From Lepidodermella squamata (taxonomy: Eukaryota; Animalia; Gastrotricha), in assembly GCA_047495785.1 (NCBI GenBank), contig JBLDXI010000021.1, positions 2,610,225 to 2,674,224 on the forward strand: a stretch of DNA of 64,000 bases, written 5' to 3'. A program made the translations under genes and the position numbers. Under the pieces are notes generated by a model. The model was not told the origin of the DNA. It searched no databases and saw only the letters and a program-made list of their open reading frames with translations. Positions 44,050-53,237 of the stretch are shown piece by piece (the first letter of the stretch is position 1; each line of letters starts with the position of its first letter).

Positions 44050-44083
44050 TCAACTAACGCGTTTCAAATTTCATCAGAGTTGA
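44050..44083 (-). ncRNA. Minimal type I hammerhead ribozyme (family A)
   Basis: UCAACU-CUGAUGA-AAUUU-GAAA-CGCG-UU^AGUUGA: 6-bp stem I, intact core, palindromic stem III; cut 28 nt before ORF1 AUG. Confidence 0.85.
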
Positions 44084-45052
44084 GTGTGAAAACAGATAGA
44101 TTCGTCGTCGTATTTAACCTAGCGAAGCTGCGCCCACTCGGTCCAGGTGAGATCGTGTTAGGCGCAGCCGCTTAACGCAACAGCTGTACATTAATTAACA
44201 ATAATCTGTGTGTAACGAGGCGTTGACTAGGCGTGGCGCGGCAGAAGGCGAAAACAGGTGTGCGCCGAGGTGCTGTAATCCCTAATCCCTCGCAGGTGCT
44301 CGGGTGATCACGAGCGGATTAACAGAAGGGAGCGAGAGCGGATAATCATTAAGCAGTGATTAAGTCCTGATGACTACCGGCGTTGAGAGCTACTCGGAAG
44401 GAGGTTTGGCGGACGTAACAAATCGACCGCGAAGAAAAAATCCGGCGTGACAACGGGGCGCAAAAGTAGGCAATTTATCAAAAACTTGCAGAAGTGACAC
44501 AATTGCAGCCGAGGTGTGTTTCTAGATGTAAGAGACCACGGAGAGCTCAAAAATCGAGGTCCCAGACTCACACGAGCTGGCGTTTGGAAGTAAACATCAA
44601 AATACAAAAATATTTTCGGTTTTTTCCGGATTTCGTGAAAACTAAGTCGAAAATCAAAATTCGAAGATCGGAGCAAAAAACTACATCATATGACACATCC
44701 AAATATGCTAGTCATTAAAACGTGGTCATACTTTCATATTAGTGAGCTCGCAGTTTTTGCCGTTTTACGCGAAAACGGTGAGGATTGGCGATCAAACAAC
44801 AGTAACGTGACCCATATGTCTAGAACAGACCACGCGGAATCGATTGGAACTATTTCCCGGGAGAGTAGGTGTCACGGTTAACGAGATAATCGACTTTTAC
44901 GAAAATAAATTTTGGTGAAGTGAGCGGAAGAGCGCGTAAGAGCGCACATAAGTAATTTCAGTGACTATTCACACGTTTCGCAACATTAGAACATTATTAC
45001 AGATTAATTGAGCGAGAGAATTTTGAGGCGAAAAACTTTGAGCCAGAGCACG

Positions 45053-46858
45053 CTAACAGTCTTTAGTGCGGCAGAGCTGCTTGACCAGCGACGGGCCGAG
45101 GCGTGTGACGACGCGATGCCGGTGCCGTTTGGCGACGTCGAGTAGTGGCTGCAGACCGCGAACGAACTTGGTTTCGTGCTCCGGCCGCCAGTCACGATCG
45201 ACCGGTCGCGAGTCAGCACGGTGTCGTAGAAACGGCCAGTCGAGGCCGGCGCAGCCGTCGACAACGCTGCGGCAGATTGCGAAGACGTCCGCGTCGTGAT
45301 AGCCGTACTTGCTGGCGGAGGCGGCGAGACTGAACACGGCCGAGGCCAGGTCCTGTGTGTTGTTACAAATTCGAACAAAATTAAGTAAACGACCAGAAAT
45401 AGCTGCACGTAAGGTGGAAAGAGGGTGATTAGAATCTGCGTGCAATAAAGGCAGCGCATTCATAGGCTTAAAGTAAACCCCTGTTCGAATTGAACCGTCT
45501 TCAAACTTCTGCATTCGCACGTCGAGCACGTTAGCGCAGTCGTTGCTGATGTCGATTTCCAGTTTGATGCGAGGGTGCAGCGCGCTGTAGCCATTGCCCA
45601 GGTTGACGGCGGCTTCGTGGCTGGTAGCGACCGCGAAAATGTCGTCTCGGTAGCGTTTGAACAGTAGGAGGCCCTCGGAGCGGGCGACGAGGTCGCGTTC
45701 GAGAACGAAGAGAAAGGCGTCGGCGACGACGGGCGCGGTGTTCGACCCCATCGGGATGCCGTGCACTTGCCGATAACGAGCGCCTGCAAATAGAAAAATA
45801 TTGAATTTAAGCGTGATTTTTAATATTTCGACAACAAGATGGCGTTCTGCCTGAGACCCGATACTGTTCTCGCGCAGTAGTAGTTCGATAGCGGCGATGC
45901 CTTCGTCGATCGGGACGTTGGTGTAGAGATCGCTGACGTCGGCGGTGAAGAACGTAGCGTCGAGACCGCTTGTGTCGATTGACCGCACGGCTGAAAGCAG
46001 GTCGATTGTAGACATCGCACACGTCGTCATGAAGTAATTCAGCGGTTTACAGAAGGCGGCGGCGACCTTGTCTGCGGCTGCGAGCGCGGTACCTAGACAG
46101 TCGACGATCGGGCGAATCTTCGGTAGACCATCGACGTCGTTCGGTTTATGCATTTTCGGCAAGAAGTAGATGTACCGGTCACGCGTTGGCACGAGGTCGA
46201 GACCGCGGAGCAGCTTGCGTTGCGCCGCGGTACCTGAGGCGTTGATTCGCTCGACCAGAGTCTTCATTGCTTCCAGCCCGGCGGTTGACTCGTCTTCAGT
46301 GGCGTTGACGTAGTTGGCGGTTGACAGATGCTTCGTTGCCATTCGGTTGTAGTCTTCTTTCTTGAGATAGACCATGGCCGAGCCCTTATCCGACTTCTTA
46401 AAGACGCCGTTGTTGCGGAGCGCCTTGATTCGTCGCAGCTGCGGGTCGTCGTTGAGCGGGCCGATTGTGAGCGTTCGGGCAGGCTGAGCGTGACGGATGA
46501 CAACTTGGCCGTTGATGCCTACGATAGGCCCTACGAAGCGTTTCGAGAACGGTACCGCTGGGACCGAGACGTCGTAGCGGTGATCGGCTCGCGGTTGAAC
46601 GGTTGCACCTAGAAGATCTGACATAGATTTTAGTGAGGCAAATTTTTCTTTTTTAGTAAAATTTATAATTTTAAGGCCCCGCTCGAGTGCCTGTTTCTCG
46701 GCGGGCGCCAAACTCCCTGTCAGATCAATGACTGACGGCAGGGAACAGCGGTGAAGGCTGAAGGCGGTACCATTCTGGACAAGGCACGACATGCCCGTCA
46801 GCCCTAGCGACTTTAAAAAACGAGATCGCGGCTTTTCGATGCCTCCCTGCCTTGTCAC
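45053..46858 (-). CDS. PLE reverse transcriptase, family A, no GIY-YIG
   Basis: YFLPKMHK, IRPIV, FTADVSDLYTNVP, QVHGIPMGS, RYRDDIF, NVLDV, thumb YFKP..LHADSNHP; stop ~100 aa later. Confidence 0.95.
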   Translation of the reverse strand: MTRQGGIEKPRSRFLKSLGLTGMSCLVQNGTAFSLHRCSLPSVIDLTGSLAPAEKQALERGLKIINFTKKEKFASLKSMSDLLGATVQPRADHRYDVSVPAVPFSKRFVGPIVGINGQVVIRHAQPARTLTIGPLNDDPQLRRIKALRNNGVFKKSDKGSAMVYLKKEDYNRMATKHLSTANYVNATEDESTAGLEAMKTLVERINASGTAAQRKLLRGLDLVPTRDRYIYFLPKMHKPNDVDGLPKIRPIVDCLGTALAAADKVAAAFCKPLNYFMTTCAMSTIDLLSAVRSIDTSGLDATFFTADVSDLYTNVPIDEGIAAIELLLRENSIGSQAERHLVVEILKITLKFNIFLFAGARYRQVHGIPMGSNTAPVVADAFLFVLERDLVARSEGLLLFKRYRDDIFAVATSHEAAVNLGNGYSALHPRIKLEIDISNDCANVLDVRMQKFEDGSIRTGVYFKPMNALPLLHADSNHPLSTLRAAISGRLLNFVRICNNTQDLASAVFSLAASASKYGYHDADVFAICRSVVDGCAGLDWPFLRHRADSRPVDRDWRPEHETKFVRGLQPLLDVAKRHRHRVVTRLGPSLVKQLCRTKDC

Positions 46859-47750
46859 CGTGAACTGTGGCGATGTGTTCGCATAGGGCGTTGATCGAAC
46901 CGCGGTGAGGTTTGTGAAGACACTTGCTGCCGTCCACCATCTTCTTGCCGCAGTACCAGAAGTGTTCTAATTCGTTCCATTCGACGCCGATTTCCGGGTC
47001 TTCTTTCTTCGTCTTCTGCCACCATTCGCGCCGGTACTTGGCCGTGTTGACTCCGCGTTGCTGAGCGAACGTTTTCGGCGAGACTTGTTGCGCGTTGGTG
47101 TTCGAACGTTTCGACTGACCGGGCGCGTTGTTGTAAACTTTCGATGCGGACGCGGCGTTTTCACCGTACATCTTCTTCGCGGGTACAGCCTTGGGCTTCG
47201 CTTTCGGAGCGACGGTCGAGATCGCTTGTTGTTTCGCGGTGGGCGGACGAGCTGTAGGCGATGGCTCCTTCTCTTCTTCTTGACGCTTCCGCTTCGACGA
47301 CACTGAAGGCGGAGGCGCGACCGGGTGGGTCACGCGTTGAGAGTTCGGCGTGAGCCCGAAGAAATCCGACGCGACCATGATAACATTTTCTCTAGGAAAA
47401 AGTGGGTTATTATTAATTAAAGCTTCGGCCGCTGTAGCGGCAGCCAGAAGCGCTGTGTCGCTCGCAGTATCGATGACAGGTGACGAGATCTTCCTCGGTG
47501 CGGCGGGCTGAACCGATTGTTCAGAGGCGCGTGTTGTGGTCGGAGTGACCGAATCGGTGTTGTTGTTGTTCGATTCGACGACGACGACGGGTGAGGCGTT
47601 ACGTGCGCTGGCCACGACTGGCGGTGAGGCGGTAGGCGTCCGCGTTGTCGGAGACTTGGCGACTGGCGCGGCGATAGGTTCGCTGTTCTTGTTGACGATG
47701 GGTGAGGCGACGGCGGCGGCTGCTGGAGGCGCGACCTTCGATGTGACGTC
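46725..47750 (-). CDS. Family A ORF1 C-terminal half (5'-truncated) with Zn finger
   Basis: S/T/P/A-rich linker, DTASDTALLAAA, REWW, CX9CX14HX4H shared with B ORF1; frame open up to the telomere junction. Confidence 0.8.
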   Translation of the reverse strand, partial: DVTSKVAPPAAAAVASPIVNKNSEPIAAPVAKSPTTRTPTASPPVVASARNASPVVVVESNNNNTDSVTPTTTRASEQSVQPAAPRKISSPVIDTASDTALLAAATAAEALINNNPLFPRENVIMVASDFFGLTPNSQRVTHPVAPPPSVSSKRKRQEEEKEPSPTARPPTAKQQAISTVAPKAKPKAVPAKKMYGENAASASKVYNNAPGQSKRSNTNAQQVSPKTFAQQRGVNTAKYRREWWQKTKKEDPEIGVEWNELEHFWYCGKKMVDGSKCLHKPHRGSINALCEHIATVHGDKAGRHRKAAISFFKVARADGHVVPCPEWYRLQPSPLFPAVSH

Positions 47751-47751
47751 G

Positions 47752-47842
47752 AGGGTTAGGGTTAGGGTTAGGGTTAGGGTTAGGGTTAGGGTTAGGGTTA
47801 GGGTTAGGGTTAGGGTTGGGGTTAGGGTTAGGGTTAGGGTTA
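47752..47842 (+). repeat. Telomeric tract ~15 units (one TTGGGG variant)
   Basis: Direct reading. Confidence 0.97.
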
Positions 47843-48024
47843 TTGTAATGATTTAATACAGACGAGCTGTAAACCGGGGATTCTCCGAAGAGAATGACAC
47901 CGGGCCCTACCACTACTCCCTCGGGAGCCGATCCAGAGAACGTGGTCTCAGTGATCAGAACAAACAATGGAACGATCGGAAACCGCGCGAGATTAATCCG
48001 ATAATATTCAATATCAGGACCACG
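47843..48024 (-). mobile_element. Short 5'-truncated copy of element C
   Basis: Matches 48104-48285; flanked by telomere tracts. Confidence 0.85.
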
Positions 48025-48103
48025 AGGGTTAGGGTTAGGGTTAGGGTTAGGGTTAGGGTTAGGGTTAGGGTTAGGGTTAGGGTTAGGGTTGGGGTTAGGG
48101 TTA
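48025..48103 (+). repeat. Telomeric tract ~13 units (one TTGGGG variant)
   Basis: Direct reading. Confidence 0.97.
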
Positions 48104-48460
48104 TTGTAATGATTTAATACAGACGAGCTGTAAACCGGGGATTCTCCGAAGAGAATGACACCGGGCCCTACCACTACTCCCTCGGGAGCCGATCCAGAGA
48201 ACGTGGTCTCAGTGATCAGAACAAACAATGGAACGATCGGAAACCGCGCGAGATTAATCCGATAATATTCAATATCAGGACCACGAGGGGTTCGCCGATA
48301 TAATTAGATAGTCACGGGGGACTGCTGTATAAACTCGCAAACATTAATTAAACAAGTTCATTACCGAAACTCCAAAGAACGTTGTCGTTTGTAACTGCTT
48401 AAACCAGTTAAACCAGCAATTGTAACTGCATAAACCATGAATGAAATGGAACCGTAAACT

Positions 48461-48529
48461 AAGAGGTAGCCTTTATCAGACCGGTTTCGCTACTTGGCTA
48501 GGGTAGCTCATCAGTGACTTTTACCTCTT
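48461..48529 (-). ncRNA. Type I hammerhead ribozyme with full stem II and extended stem I (element C)
   Basis: AAGAGGUA-AAA-GUCA-CUGAUGA-GCUAC-CCUAGCCAA-GUAGC-GAAA-CCGG-UC^UGAU-AAAGGC-UACCUCUU. Confidence 0.92.
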
Positions 48530-48816
48530 GCAAAAGAATGATTTTATTCTGCTAGCTTGAGCATTTAAATAGGCAGCAGGCCACGTTTATCCAAGCAAGG
48601 TCAGGCGCCACATGCTTGATTTTTCGTGTGTGTAAGATCACGTGAATGCGTGATTTCATGCGTGAAAAACTTTATTTTATTATCGTGCAGCATTTTAATT
48701 TCCCCATAATATAATTTATTAGTGACTTGTTGAAAATGTCGAATGTATTTATTATCGTAATCATTTTATCTCATATAAACAGTTCCATGTCATAAATTTA
48801 AAATCAGACGGTCATC

Positions 48817-51026
48817 GAGCAACATGTGATGAAATTTGAAACCTCAAAAAATTAATTTTAAACTTAGAAATAGGTCATTTGGCATCGCTCTGGAACCTTT
48901 TCGGTCAACGTAACTGGCAACGTGACTTGATATTCACGATCAGCGGTCCTTGTAGTACTAATTCCGTGAAATATTCATGACTTGGTTCAGGATTGAGCTA
49001 CTTGTGATGAAATTTGAGACCTCAAAAAATTAATTTTAAACTTCGAAATAGGTCATTTGGCATCGCTCTGGAACCTTTTCGGTCAACGCAACTGGCAAAG
49101 TGACTTGATATTCACGATCAGCGGTCCTTGTAATACTAATTTCGTGAAATATTCATGACTTGGTTCAGGATTGAGCAACTTGTGATGAAATTTGAAACCT
49201 CAAAAAATTAATTTTAAACTTCGAAATAGGTCATTTGGCATCGCTCTGGAACCTTTTCGGTCAACGCAACTGGCAAAGTGACTTGATATTCACGATCAGC
49301 GGTCCTTGTAGTACTAATTCCGTGAGATATTCATGACTTGGTTCAGGATTGAGCAACTTGTGATGAGATTTGAGACCTCAAAAAATTAATTTTAAACTTC
49401 GAAATAGGTCATTTGGCATCGCTCTGGAACCTTTTCGGTCAACGCAACTGGCAAAGTGACTTGATATTCACGATCAGCGGTCCTTGTAGTACTAATTCCG
49501 TGAAATATTCATGACTTGGTTCAGGATTGAGCAACTTGTGATGAAATTTGAAACCTCAAAAAATTAATTTTAAACTTCGAAATAGGTCATTTGGCATCGC
49601 TCTGGAACCTTTTCGGTCAACGCAACTGGCAAAGTGACTTGATATTCACGATCAGCGGTCCTTGTAGTACTAATTCCGTGAGATATTCATGACTTGGTTC
49701 AGGATTGAGCAACTTGTGATGAGATTTGAGACCTCAAAAAATTAATTTTAAACTTCGAAATAGGTCATTTGGCATCGCTCTGGAACCTTTTCGGTCAACG
49801 CAACTGGCAAAGTGACTTGATATTCACGATCAGCGGTCCTTGTAGTACTAATTCCGTGAAATATTCATGACTTGGTTCAGGATTGAGCAACTTGTGATGA
49901 AATTTGAAACCTCAAAAAATTAATTTTAAACTTAGAAATAGGTCATTTGGCATCGCTCTGGAACCTTTTCGGTCAACGCAACTGGCAAAGTGACTTGATA
50001 TTCACGATCAGCGGTCCTTGTAGTACTAATTCCGTGAAATATTCATGACTTGGTTCAGGATTGAGCAACTTGTGATGAAATTTGAGACCTCAAAAAATTA
50101 ATTTTAAACTTCGAAATAGGTCATTTGGCATCGCTCTGGAACCTTTTCGGTCAACGCAACTGGCAAAGTGACTTGATATTCACGATCAGCGGTCCTTGTA
50201 GTACTAATTCCGTGAAATATTCATGACTTGGTTCAGGATTGAGCAACTTGTGATGAAATTTGAAACCTCAAAAAATTAATTTTAAACTTCGAAATAGGTC
50301 ATTTGGCATCGCTCTGGAACCTTTTCGGTCAACGCAACTGGCAAAGTGACTTGATATTCACGATCAGCGGTCCTTGTAGTACTAATTCCGTGAGATATTC
50401 ATGACTTGGTTCAGGATTGAGCAACTTGTGATGAGATTTGAGACCTCAAAAAATTAATTTTAAACTTCGAAATAGGTCATTTGGCATCGCTCTGGAACCT
50501 TTTCGGTCAACGCAACTGGCAAAGTGACTTGATATTCACGATCAGCGGTCCTTGTAGTACTAATTCCGTGAAATATTCATGACTTGGTTCAGGATTGAGC
50601 AACTTGTGATGAAATTTGAAACCTCAAAAAATTAATTTTAAACTTAGAAATAGGTCATTTGGCATCGCTCTGGAACCTTTTCGGTCAACGCAACTGGCAA
50701 AGTGACTTGATATTCACGATCAGCGGTCCTTGTAGTACTAATTCCGTGAAATATTCATGACTTGGTTCAGGATTGAGCAACTTGTGATGAAATTTGAGAC
50801 CTCAAAAAATTAATTTTAAACTTCGAAATAGGTCATTTGGCATCGCTCTGGAACCTTTTCGGTCAACGCAACTGGCAAAGTGACTTGATATTCACGATCA
50901 GCGGTCCTTGTAGTACTAATTCCGTGAAATATTCATGACTTGGTTCAGGATTGAGCAACTTGTGATGAAATTTGAAACCTCAAAAAATTAATTTGCAACT
51001 TCGAAATAGGTCTTTTGGTTTCGCTC
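48817..51026. repeat. 178-bp tandem repeat, ~12.4 near-identical copies, inside element C
   Basis: ggtc[a/t]tttgg at 48873, 49051, 49229 ... 51009. Confidence 0.97.
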
Positions 51027-51327
51027 AAGAGCACCTCGTTCCCCTTCACAGCCCCTTTGGTTTCTTGGTGATACATTGTACCGAACGGGCAAGATCAGTT
51101 AGGGTTATTGTAATGATTTAATACAGACGAGCTGTAAACCGGGGATTCTCCGAAGAGAATGACACCGGGCCCTACCACTACTCCCTCGGGAGCCGATCCA
51201 GAGAACGTGGTCTCAGTGATCAGAACAAACAATGGAACGATCGGAAACCGCGCGAGATTAATCCGATAATATTCAATATCAGGACCACGAGGGGTTCGCC
51301 GATATAATTAGATAGTCACGGGGGACT

Positions 51328-51489
51328 GGGTTAGGGTTAGGGTTAGGGTTAGGGTTAGGGTTAGGGTTAGGGTTAGGGTTAGGGTTAGGGTTAGGGTTAG
51401 GGTTAGGGTTAGGGTTAGGGTTAGGGTTAGGGTTAGGGTTAGGGTTAGGGTTAGGGTTAGGGTTAGGGTTAGGGTTAGGGTTAGGGTTA
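51328..51489 (+). repeat. Telomeric tract (GGGTTA)27
   Basis: Direct reading. Confidence 0.98.
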
Positions 51490-52460
51490 ATTAGTAAGCT
51501 GCGGTCCGCCTGTATTTTGTTTTGCGCAAGGTGATAAGTAAAAGCCTGCCAGCCCTTCGTAACGTTGGTGAGCAAGTCAGGGCTGCGCATGGCGCGTTTC
51601 ATTTCGTTGCAGGCGCATTGAAATTGTTCGTAGATCGCCGGCCAGTAGATGTTGCTCGACTTGCGCAGGACTCGTAGCACGCTGTTGCTGCTCGCGACAG
51701 TGTTGAAGACCCGCGACGTTTGGGCCGCTCTGTCCGACGGATGGCAGTAGTTTGCTGCTTGGCGTGCATCGGTGAACGCACTTTCGAGAGCTTGCTCGTG
51801 TCCTGTCATGGATTTATGACGTATCTCGGAAACAACATTGTAAAAAAGCAAATCAACGATGCCCTGAGTGCTAGCTTCGAACCGATGCTCGCGCGGGAAA
51901 AACTTCTCGAGCACTGGCCGGAGTGCCTTCTCGTGAGCGGTGGTGGGTCTCTCGTTTTGAGGTTTGGCGTAGTCTTCACTGAAGTTGGCTGTGGCGAGCT
52001 TGGCTAAAATGAAGAAATGATGAATAAAATTGTTGAGTTTCTCGCGGAAGCGATCGAGGAGATCTTGTCGATGTTCCCTCGCTCGACGTTGCCCTTCTGC
52101 TGCTGCCTTAGAAGGTAGCTGCCTGTTGTCCGTTGAGTCTTGCGGTCGCTTCGTACCATCCGCGTGCCGACGGTCTGACTGAGCGTTCGAACCAGACCCG
52201 TGCGAGCGACTGGAGCGGCCGTGCGTAGCACCCTCGTGCGAACGGTAAGATCGAGTGTTCGAACTGGACGCTGCTGCGGAGACTGTCTGTTTCGAGCGGC
52301 TTTGATGACGATCGCGCCGTTCTTGTTGATAGGGCGGATTGTGACGACTCGAGTTGTAATAGACGTAGCGGAAGCGGCCAAAGATGGCCCGTCCCGGGCG
52401 GTCGTTGTTAATTTCTGTAAACCCGTTGTTATTAGAAACAAAACGGTTACGGTTAGACAT
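51490..52460 (-). CDS. Family B ORF1 N-terminal part (pLTR copy)
   Basis: Nearly identical to the first ~325 aa of 54910-57405; reads into telomere as poly(NP). Confidence 0.8.
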
Positions 52461-52469
52461 AATGAGATT

Positions 52470-52508
52470 TATTGGTAGACCGGTTTCACTATTTCTTCAG
52501 TACCAATA
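52470..52508 (-). ncRNA. Minimal type I hammerhead ribozyme (family B, copy 1)
   Basis: UAUUGGUA-CUGAAGA-AAUAGU-GAAA-CCGG-UC^UACCAAUA; 8-bp stem I; cut 17 nt before ORF1 AUG. Confidence 0.9.
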
Positions 52509-53237
52509 TCATACTTCTGATAGAATTATAACGAGTGACATTATTGTGACAGCGCTATGATAACACCGTACCAGGTGCGTGTGCCTCGGACTATGTTAGG
52601 CGCAGCGGATTAGGATTACAAGGTGTTGTTTCGCGCACACGTGTTACTAAGTTCAAGTTAACTACGGCAGGTGTGCGTCTAGGTGTGCGCACTATATCGG
52701 ATTAGCGCACAGATGTTGTGGCCACTACTTGTTAATCGGTGATTCTAGCCAAATGGGTAACAAGGTGTGCTACTAGGCTGGCGAGGCCTTGATGACGAGC
52801 TAACGTGACATCTGTGCTGTTGAGAGACGACAATTACAATGATGAAGATGACCAATAGAAGATTGACAGCTGACGCAAGGCGTTATTGCCGGCGACATCA
52901 AGGTATTGAAAGCAATAAAAGTCATAAAACAGGATATGCCGATTCTAAGGTCGTTATCGACTTTGGATCTCGCTGCGGGTTACTGGTTGATACCAGGATG
53001 GCTTGGCCGCCGTGGTCGTGCGCGACTATGACTCGCTGACGTCCAGAACATTAGACCTCGCTGCGGGTTACTGGCCGATACCGCGTTGAACAGGCTATAA
53101 AACATGAATGGAGAAACATATAATACTGCGTAATGGTGGTAATTAATCTAATGAATTAATTAAGAATAATTAATAAACGGTCGGTAGCTTTGTTGCTACT
53201 CTTGACATCGTCGCTGGCTACTGGTCGATTGGTTCGG

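Larger units (their letters stand above)
43070..47751 (-). mobile_element. Endonuclease-less Penelope-like (Athena-type) retroelement, family A, permuted and 5'-truncated
   Basis: Sense order: ORF1 C-half, RT, UTR, hammerhead, ORF1 N-half, telomere; both ends abut TTAGGG tracts. Confidence 0.92.
48104..51327 (-). mobile_element. Element C: non-coding hammerhead-containing telomere-attached element (3004-nt unit plus ~220-nt terminal repeat)
   Basis: 48104-48324 repeated at 51108-51328; internal GTTAGGGTTA at 51098-51107; hammerhead at 48461-48529; no genuine ORF. Confidence 0.85.

Noticed and set aside
45053-46858. Telomerase TERT or SART/TRAS-type LINE
   Set aside because: No TEN/TRBD/T motif, no APE or RLE endonuclease, no poly(A); motifs and hammerheads are PLE-type.
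47536-48228. ORFs with poly(NP), (RV), (LG), (LT) here and at 40869, 42956, 61149
   Set aside because: Translations of telomeric repeats.
48817-51026. 178-bp unit as tandem hammerheads or CRISPR (caacttgtgatgaaatttgaaac resembles the A core)
   Set aside because: Core reads GUGAUGA (no 3-8 pair), lacks stems I/III, is on the opposite strand; no unique spacers; eukaryotic context.
51040-51200. Element C as telomerase RNA gene (UAACCCUAACUGA with an upstream helix)
   Set aside because: No U-rich pseudoknot visible 3' of the motif; it runs into a satellite, has a hammerhead and lies in retro-style truncated copies. Not formally excluded.
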